DNA from: Longimicrobiales bacterium | Lineage (GTDB): Bacteria; Gemmatimonadota; Gemmatimonadetes; Longimicrobiales; Gaopeijiaceae | NCBI GenBank assembly: GCA_965249725.1 | Contig: CBDFMQ010000002.1 | Coordinates: forward strand, 1,056,001-1,120,000 | Length of the DNA stretch: 64,000 nt | Reading direction: 5' to 3' | Shown here: one piece after another, positions 57,799-64,000 of the stretch | How the letters are laid out: every line of letters begins with the position of its first letter | How positions within the stretch are numbered: the stretch's first letter is position 1 | Position numbers and translations under genes: made by a program | The notes under the pieces: generated by a model | The model's input: the letters and a program-made list of their open reading frames with translations, nothing else | Told to the model about the DNA's origin: nothing | Databases searched by the model: none

Positions 57799-59282
57799 GG
57801 CCATCCCGAGGCTCGCCACGGAGAGAGTCCCACTCCCGCGTCGTGTGAATCGATCCGGGCAGTCCCCGGACTCTGCCGCGCCTGGTGCTCGAGTACGGCA
57901 GCCGCCACCGCCAGCACGCGTAGCGCCCCATCGCCAGGCTCCAGCACCTCTGGATGCTCATCCAGATAAGAGGTACTGAGGCGGCCATTCCTGAAGTCCT
58001 TCTCGTCCATCACGCTCCGGTGAAACCGGGCGCTCGTCTCGATGCCGGCGATCACCAGCTCATCGAGCGCGCGCCCCATGCGATCGATGGCTTGCTCTCG
58101 TGTGCTCGCGTGCACGATGAGCTTGGCCAGCAGCGGATCGTAGTAGAGACCGACCTCGAAGCCCTCGACAATGCCGCCGTCCCATCGAACACCTGGGCCA
58201 TCGGGCAAATCCAAACGATCTACCCTTCCGGTCGACGGGAGGAACCCGTTTCGTGGATCCTCGCTCGTGATTCGACACTCGATGGCATGGCCGGTGAGCG
58301 ATACGTCCTCTTGATCGAAGTCGAGCTCCTCTCCCTGAGCGATCCGGATCTGCCAATGCACGAGATCGATGCCCGTCACGAACTCGGTGACTGGATGCTC
58401 CACCTGGAGCCGGGTGTTCATCTCCAAGAAGTAGAATTGGCCGTCGCTGTAGAGGAACTCCACAGTACCCGCGCCACGGTAGTTCACGGCCCTCGCGGCC
58501 TGCACCGCCGCCTCACCCATGGACGCGCGCTCGTCTGGAGTGAGTAGAGCCGACGGCGCCTCCTCGATGAGCTTCTGATGACGGCGTTGGATGGAGCACT
58601 CGCGTTCACCGAGATGGACGACCCGACCGGCGGTGTCCCCCAGGACCTGAATCTCGATATGGCGCGGATGGGCGAGATACTTCTCGAGGTAGATCGAGCC
58701 GTCCCCGAAGGCCGCCTCGGCCTCCCTCGCCGCCGCCTCGTAGGCTCCCCCAACGGAAGCGGCATCTTCGACGATCCTCATTCCCTTTCCGCCACCCCCG
58801 GCGGCGGCCTTGAGGAGCAACGGAAACCCGAGCTCCTCCGCTACACTCGTAGCCTCGTCGGCATCGGATACGGGATCGACTCCACCCGGAACGATGGGCA
58901 CGCCGGCCGCCTCCATGCGTCGACGGGCCTCGGTCTTGTCTCCCATCGCCGCGATGGTCCCCGGCTCCGGTCCAATGAAGACGAGGCCGGCCTCCTCCAC
59001 CTGAGCTGCGAAGGACGCTCGCTCAGCCAGGAAGCCGTAACCGGGATGCACCGCCCCGGCCCCAGCCCTTTGGGCCACCTCTACCAGGTGCTCCGCACGC
59101 AGATAACTCTCTGCCGATGGGGCCGGCCCCACCAAATAGGCCTCATCAGCGGCCAATACGTGGGGAGAGAGCCGATCCGCCTCCGAATAGACCGCAACGG
59201 AGCGGAGCCTCATCTCGCGACACGCCCTGACGATTCGGACGGCGATTTCGCCGCGATTGGCCACGAGGACGGTGTCGAACAT
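57786..59282 (-). CDS. accC: Biotin carboxylase subunit of acetyl/propionyl-CoA carboxylase
   Basis: VANRGEIA, HPGYGFL, GGGGKGMR, ERECSIQRRHQK, EMNTRLQVEHPVTE. Confidence 0.94.
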   Translation of the reverse strand: MFDTVLVANRGEIAVRIVRACREMRLRSVAVYSEADRLSPHVLAADEAYLVGPAPSAESYLRAEHLVEVAQRAGAGAVHPGYGFLAERASFAAQVEEAGLVFIGPEPGTIAAMGDKTEARRRMEAAGVPIVPGGVDPVSDADEATSVAEELGFPLLLKAAAGGGGKGMRIVEDAASVGGAYEAAAREAEAAFGDGSIYLEKYLAHPRHIEIQVLGDTAGRVVHLGERECSIQRRHQKLIEEAPSALLTPDERASMGEAAVQAARAVNYRGAGTVEFLYSDGQFYFLEMNTRLQVEHPVTEFVTGIDLVHWQIRIAQGEELDFDQEDVSLTGHAIECRITSEDPRNGFLPSTGRVDRLDLPDGPGVRWDGGIVEGFEVGLYYDPLLAKLIVHASTREQAIDRMGRALDELVIAGIETSARFHRSVMDEKDFRNGRLSTSYLDEHPEVLEPGDGALRVLAVAAAVLEHQARQSPGTARIDSHDAGVGLSPWRASGWPWTS

Positions 59283-59410
59283 GGAGTGGGGGTTCTGTTT
59301 GTCGAGGAGGTCGCCGGGCCGGAAAGGCCCCAGGGACAAGGGACAACAAGAGAAGTCTGGCGGCGGGTATAGGGAGTGTAAACCCTGGAACGCCCACGAA
59401 GAAGCACGAA

Positions 59411-59442
59411 GACGGGGCAGGCGTCGAAACGCCTGCCCCGTC
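59411..59442 (-). terminator. Strong stem-loop after the PDZ gene (probable terminator)
   Basis: Perfect 14-bp stem GACGGGGCAGGCGT/ACGCCTGCCCCGTC with a TTCG loop on the minus strand, followed by TTCGTGCTTCTT. Confidence 0.7.
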
Positions 59443-59471
59443 ATGACACTACGATCGGCCCACTTCGGCCT

Positions 59472-60446
59472 CTAGTAGGGCATCAACGACCCCTCGATGA
59501 CCTGTTCGGCGCCTTTGCGAATGATGGTCATTCGGATGGGCTCGTCTTCCTCGTAGGAGTCGATCAGGCGACGGACGCGACTGACCGTGTCGACCTCGCG
59601 ATCACCGACAGCGATGATCACGTCACCCGGCATGAGGCCGAGAGCCGAATCATCGTCGACATCGATGACGAGGACGCCGCTGTCCGCATCGAAGTACTCC
59701 GCGAGCCTCGGATTGAGTTCGCGGAACTCGACGCCTGCGGCGCATCCGCGGGTGTCTTCTCCCCACGAAGTCTGCGATCCCGGGCAGTCGCCACCGAAGA
59801 ACGCGTAGGACCCTGAGAAACCGCGGCCCTCGCCCAGACGACCACCCAGCTCCTCTTTCAACTCCCCCATCCGCTCGGCCAGCTCTTCGGTCCGCACTTC
59901 GATGTGGCCCCCGTCGATATCGACCGTCCAGTTGCCCGCATCGTCCCCGAAGCTCATGACCCGCGGAAAGTCGAATTCCTCGGCCACGATCTCTACGGTC
60001 TCCGACTGGCCGTCCCGGAGGTACGTGATTGCGACGGCCTGTCCCGGCTCTACCTCGCGCGCCAAAGCCAGAACCCGCTGAGCGGGAAGTGACTCGTCTT
60101 GATCCAACTCGTCCTCGATATCGACATCCGCCAACGGCCCAATCAGCGACTGACCGTCGAAAGCCGTGATGATGTCCCCGTCTCTCAGGCCGGCGTCCTC
60201 TGCCGGCGATCCGTGCATGACGTCCCGTACCAGAGCCCCCTGGTCGTCATAGCGCCGGGATTGGTTGGCGTCGAGATAGAGGCCCAAGCGAGCCCTGGAA
60301 GCGCTCTGGACGAACATATTGGGCATCGAGAAGCTCGACCTGCGCCTCTGCTCTCGATCTCGGTCCTGTGCCTCGGCACCCGTGGGCAGTGCCGCAAGAG
60401 CCAGTGCTAGCGCGGTCAGCCACCGCAGTGAGTTATCCAGCTTCAC
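59472..60446 (-). CDS. Secreted tandem-PDZ-domain protein without a protease domain
   Basis: Signal peptide (AEA-Q); RLGL..., GSPAEDAGLRDGDII; second PDZ GVLV..GLMPGDVI; GGAGG SD. Confidence 0.85.
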   Translation of the reverse strand: MKLDNSLRWLTALALALAALPTGAEAQDRDREQRRRSSFSMPNMFVQSASRARLGLYLDANQSRRYDDQGALVRDVMHGSPAEDAGLRDGDIITAFDGQSLIGPLADVDIEDELDQDESLPAQRVLALAREVEPGQAVAITYLRDGQSETVEIVAEEFDFPRVMSFGDDAGNWTVDIDGGHIEVRTEELAERMGELKEELGGRLGEGRGFSGSYAFFGGDCPGSQTSWGEDTRGCAAGVEFRELNPRLAEYFDADSGVLVIDVDDDSALGLMPGDVIIAVGDREVDTVSRVRRLIDSYEEDEPIRMTIIRKGAEQVIEGSLMPY

Positions 60447-60536
60447 CGTCTCACCTCCCTTTTGATCCCCTGGTCCGGGCCGGTTGCCCGAAGTCACCCT
60501 TGAGATGCTGCCTCGGGAAGGAAGCGTTGCCTCGGC

Positions 60537-62087
60537 CTAGAGTGGGATATTGCCGTGCTTCTTGCGCGGATTCTCGTCGCGCTTGTTCCGAAGCATGTCC
60601 AGGGAGCTGATGAGCCTGGGGCGGGTGTCGCGTGGATCGATGACATCGTCGATGTAGCCGCGAGCCGCGGCGATGTACGGATGAGCGAACTGCTCGCGGT
60701 ACGCCTCGATATGCGCCTCCGTCACCCCCTCGGGGTCGTCGGATTCGGCGATTTCCTTTCGGAACATGACTTCAACGGCCCCCTTAGGGCCCATGACCGC
60801 GATTTCCGCCGTGGGCCAAGCGAGATTGACGTCCCCCCTTACGTGTTTGGAGTTCATGACGTCGTAGGCACCACCATACGCCTTGCGGGTGATAACCGTG
60901 AGCTTCGGCACCGTGGCCTCGGAGAAGGCGTAGAGCAGCTTGGCTCCGTGGCGGATGATTCCTCCGTGTTCCTGTCCAACTCCGGGCAGAAAGCCCGGCA
61001 CGTCCTCGAACACCACGAGCGGAATGTTGAAGGCGTCACAGAACCGGACGAAGCGGGCCCCCTTTACGGATGAGTCGATATCCAGGACCCCTGCCAGCAC
61101 TGCCGGCTGATTCGCGATCACACCGACCGCGTGCCCCCCCAGATGGGCGAATCCGACCGTGAGGTTCCGGGCGAACAACTCGTGGACCTCGTAGAACTCG
61201 CCGTCGTCCACGACGCGCCCTATGACATCATGTATATCGTAGGGCTTATTGGGGTTATCTGGTACGCTCTCAAGTAATTTCTCGTCCCTGCGATCATGTG
61301 GATCAGACGTCTCACGAGACGGTGAGACCTCGGTGTTGTTCTGTGGAATGAACCCCATGAGGTCCCGAACGGCCCCAAGGCACTCAGGCTCTGAATCATG
61401 GACGAATTGGGCGACGCCCGACGTCGAACCGTGTACGTCGGCTCCGCCGAGGCTCTCCATATCTACATCTTCGTGAGTCACCGTCTTCACCACGTTGGGA
61501 CCGGTAACGAACATGTAGCTGACTCCGCGAACCATATACACGAAGTCGGTGATCGCAGGGGAGTAGACGGCCCCGCCGGCACAGGGGCCCAATACCACAC
61601 TGATCTGCGGGATCACACCGGAGGCGAGCGTGTTTCTCAGGAAGATGTCGGCGTAGCCCCCCAACGACACGACGCCCTCTTGGATGCGGGCCCCTCCGGA
61701 GTCGTTCAGTCCGATGAGCGGCGCCCCGTTTTTCAGGGCCATCTCCTGGAGCTTCACGATCTTCTCGGCGTGAGCCTCGGACAGTGATCCCCCGAAAACG
61801 GTGAAATCCTGGGAGAAGACGTACACGAGCCGCCCATGAATCGTCCCATAGCCCGTCACGACACCGTCACCGAGGATCTTCTTGTCGGCGAGGCCGAAAT
61901 CGGTGGAGCGATGCGTTACGAAACGGTCCAGCTCCACGAAGGAGTCGTCGTCCAGGAGTAAGGCGAGCCTCTGACGAGCGGTCAGTTTTCCCCGCTCCTC
62001 CTGGGCGGCAAGCCGTGCCTCTCCCCCACCGAGTTTCGCCTCGCGTCCGAGCTCCTGCAGGCGCTCTAGCTTCTCCTCCATCGACAT
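60537..62087 (-). CDS. pccB: Propionyl-CoA carboxylase beta (carboxyltransferase) subunit
   Basis: [70 protein letters not shown]. Confidence 0.95.
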   Translation of the reverse strand: MSMEEKLERLQELGREAKLGGGEARLAAQEERGKLTARQRLALLLDDDSFVELDRFVTHRSTDFGLADKKILGDGVVTGYGTIHGRLVYVFSQDFTVFGGSLSEAHAEKIVKLQEMALKNGAPLIGLNDSGGARIQEGVVSLGGYADIFLRNTLASGVIPQISVVLGPCAGGAVYSPAITDFVYMVRGVSYMFVTGPNVVKTVTHEDVDMESLGGADVHGSTSGVAQFVHDSEPECLGAVRDLMGFIPQNNTEVSPSRETSDPHDRRDEKLLESVPDNPNKPYDIHDVIGRVVDDGEFYEVHELFARNLTVGFAHLGGHAVGVIANQPAVLAGVLDIDSSVKGARFVRFCDAFNIPLVVFEDVPGFLPGVGQEHGGIIRHGAKLLYAFSEATVPKLTVITRKAYGGAYDVMNSKHVRGDVNLAWPTAEIAVMGPKGAVEVMFRKEIAESDDPEGVTEAHIEAYREQFAHPYIAAARGYIDDVIDPRDTRPRLISSLDMLRNKRDENPRKKHGNIPL

Positions 62088-62140
62088 GGGTCGTTCTCCT
62101 CTGGAAGGGCCTACTGGTATCCCATGCTAGCGCCTCGGTG

Positions 62141-64000
62141 TCAGCGCCCCAACGGGGCTGGAGGCGAGAAGCTGGGGCATCGGAAGCCCACGATTCGGTC
62201 TGGAGCGCCCTCGGGAATCGAATCCGTCTCGGGATCGGGCAGCGGTGGGAGCAGAATCGGCTCCGCTCGCGCCCGGTCCGGCATGACCTGGACTCGACGG
62301 TCCTGAAGGCAGATGACGAAGTGCTCTCGAACCACGCGGCCATCTTGGATGGAGAAGACGCCGGTGGCTCCGGCCAGCCCCGAGACGTTCTCGAGATTGT
62401 CCAGAAGCTGCGCGGGCGTGTTCGCCCCCATTCGGATCCCCTCCAGAAGCAGAGCCGCCGCATCGTACCCCAGCGCAGGAACCGCGCTGGGCAGGGTGCG
62501 TTGGTGGTACGCCTCGTAGGCGTCCACGAAGCGGCGGTAGCCTGCGGATTCACCATCGGGCGGCTGAGGAGACGCTGCCACGACGCCGTTGGTGTGCCTT
62601 GTGGCAACTCTGGCCAGCATTTCCTCGTCGGTCCACCCTGCAGTGCCGAGCACCCTGATCTCGAGCGAGTCCAGGCCGTAAAACGTCACCTGAGGCGCCA
62701 TGAGCTCGACGTCTCGCGATGGCAGAGGCAAGACCAAGGCGGCCGGACCCAGCGAATCCACCTCCTGAAGCTGCTCTCCGAAAAACGTGGCGCCGGCCGG
62801 ATAGGCGAACTCACGCAGGACCGAACCGCCCAGAGCCTCGAACGCTTCCACGAACGACCGCGCCTCGAACGTCGCGTCGCGGCTCTCCGGGTACATGACC
62901 ACTGCGGTCTGCAGATCACTATCCATCGCGTACCGAGCCAAGGCCAGTGAGGCCCCCGGGTCATTTCCCGCGAGAGAATAGACCCCCTGAGTGCCCTCCG
63001 GAACGATCGGAGCCGTAGGCGAGATCAAGGCCAGAGGTCCCTGCCGCTGGCGCGCGGTCTCGGCCAACGCCCCGTCTTGGAGCGGCCCGATGACGCCGAG
63101 GGCCGTCGCCGAGTCGAGGCCTGCGAGTAGCCGGGGCGCATTCCCCACCACGCCCGAGTTGTCCTGAATAACCAACTCGACGGCCAATCGATTGCCCTCG
63201 GCCTGGCCGAACTGCTCCAGGGCAATGCGAATGCCCTCCTGAATCAGTTCGGCGAACTCCCTGAGCCTCGGAGATCCGCTGGTCGGGAGTATCGCACCGA
63301 GGACCGGAGCGGTGAGGAATTCGCCCATGTCACCGCTGATGACTCCCTCTGCGATGCGCCGCGAACGACCCGTGGCACCCGCCTCCAGGGCCTGGCGTGC
63401 CGCAGTCTGGGCCTCCGCCGCCGAGCCGGCGGCATACCGCTTCAGCGCGAGTTCGGCCAAGACGGGCGACACGTGGGGTCCGCCGGACTGAGCGAGGATC
63501 GCGAGTTCCTGTTCCGAAGACTCCTCCATCCGCTCGGTAATACGTCTGCGGATGAGGTCGTCGTCTCCCACGCTCGGCGCGGCGAGCCAAGCCGCGAGAG
63601 CCTCGGTGGTTCGACCCTGCGCCTCGAGGGCGTCTCCCTCCAGGACGGCTACCGAGGTGCGGCGCGGATCGTCCGCAGCCAAGTACGTGCGGAAACGCCG
63701 CGCGGACGACAGAGCGTCCTCGGTCTGACCCCCGGCCTCCAGCGCCCGGGCGCGAATCCAGAGAGACGCCGAGCTGCCGCGGGCGGTCGCATAGGACGTT
63801 GAGATCTGAAGCGACAGCTCCGCCGCCCGGGCATGGTCACCTGCATCCAGGGCGGCCTGCGCCGCCACGAGAAGACGATTCGCCTCCGCCTGATCCCTCG
63901 AGTCGATCGATCCCGTCTCGAGTGGTGGATCGGTGGGGACCGACTCCGTATCGACCGCCGCTCCCACGGTTGAACACGCGAGGGCGAATATGCTGAGGCA
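62141..64000 (-). CDS. LpoA/LppC-like lipoprotein (TPR-like helices + periplasmic-binding-protein fold), 5'-truncated by window edge
   Basis: Frame open to the edge: CLSIFALAC lipobox; GAILP.SG, VIGPL, ISPTA, ALGYDAA, GATG.F. Confidence 0.8.
   Translation of the reverse strand, partial: CLSIFALACSTVGAAVDTESVPTDPPLETGSIDSRDQAEANRLLVAAQAALDAGDHARAAELSLQISTSYATARGSSASLWIRARALEAGGQTEDALSSARRFRTYLAADDPRRTSVAVLEGDALEAQGRTTEALAAWLAAPSVGDDDLIRRRITERMEESSEQELAILAQSGGPHVSPVLAELALKRYAAGSAAEAQTAARQALEAGATGRSRRIAEGVISGDMGEFLTAPVLGAILPTSGSPRLREFAELIQEGIRIALEQFGQAEGNRLAVELVIQDNSGVVGNAPRLLAGLDSATALGVIGPLQDGALAETARQRQGPLALISPTAPIVPEGTQGVYSLAGNDPGASLALARYAMDSDLQTAVVMYPESRDATFEARSFVEAFEALGGSVLREFAYPAGATFFGEQLQEVDSLGPAALVLPLPSRDVELMAPQVTFYGLDSLEIRVLGTAGWTDEEMLARVATRHTNGVVAASPQPPDGESAGYRRFVDAYEAYHQRTLPSAVPALGYDAAALLLEGIRMGANTPAQLLDNLENVSGLAGATGVFSIQDGRVVREHFVICLQDRRVQVMPDRARAEPILLPPLPDPETDSIPEGAPDRIVGFRCPSFSPPAPLGR

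Noticed and set aside
1..64000. Selenoprotein genes (in-frame TGA plus SECIS) suggested by selB
   Set aside because: No called gene appears interrupted at a catalytic Cys position; checked by eye only, and a bSECIS search would be needed to exclude.

Overview
GC-rich bacterial chromosomal segment, mostly housekeeping. Gene content and order (hpf-hprK-mannose-family PTS-ptsH-ptsI-metK, a secreted M14 peptidase, an NYPNPFNP-type C-terminal-domain protein) suggest Gemmatimonadota; this is inference, not a database result. Left part (1-22.7 kb): partial mlaEFD ABC operon, secreted peptidases and lipoproteins, an orphan histidine kinase directly upstream of addB-addA, a CNNM protein, mscS, glnA and lspA. 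Middle (22.9-29.9 kb): an accessory-looking block (DUF1028, an apparent two-gene deletion scar, GNAT, Ser/Thr kinase, adenylate cyclase-FHA, PEGA lipoprotein) ending at the tmRNA gene. Right part (31.7-64 kb): an unbroken minus-strand run with selB, recO, metK, PTS genes, nusB, rib genes, purM, argS, propionyl-CoA carboxylase/methylmalonyl-CoA mutase genes and a partial LpoA-like lipoprotein. I saw no CRISPR array, prophage, integrase, transposase or recognisable defence system, and I cannot support a new multi-gene system. The best leads are small-scale: (1) a switch-like leader upstream of glnA; (2) an inverted copy of the tmRNA 3' end just beyond its terminator; (3) a chimeric deletion scar at about 24.07 kb; (4) in-frame tandem repeats in addB and selB sharing a CGGTGGG core; (5) a probable ATT start codon. 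Several start coordinates were moved from the ORF track using Shine-Dalgarno (SD) motifs and stop/start overlaps.
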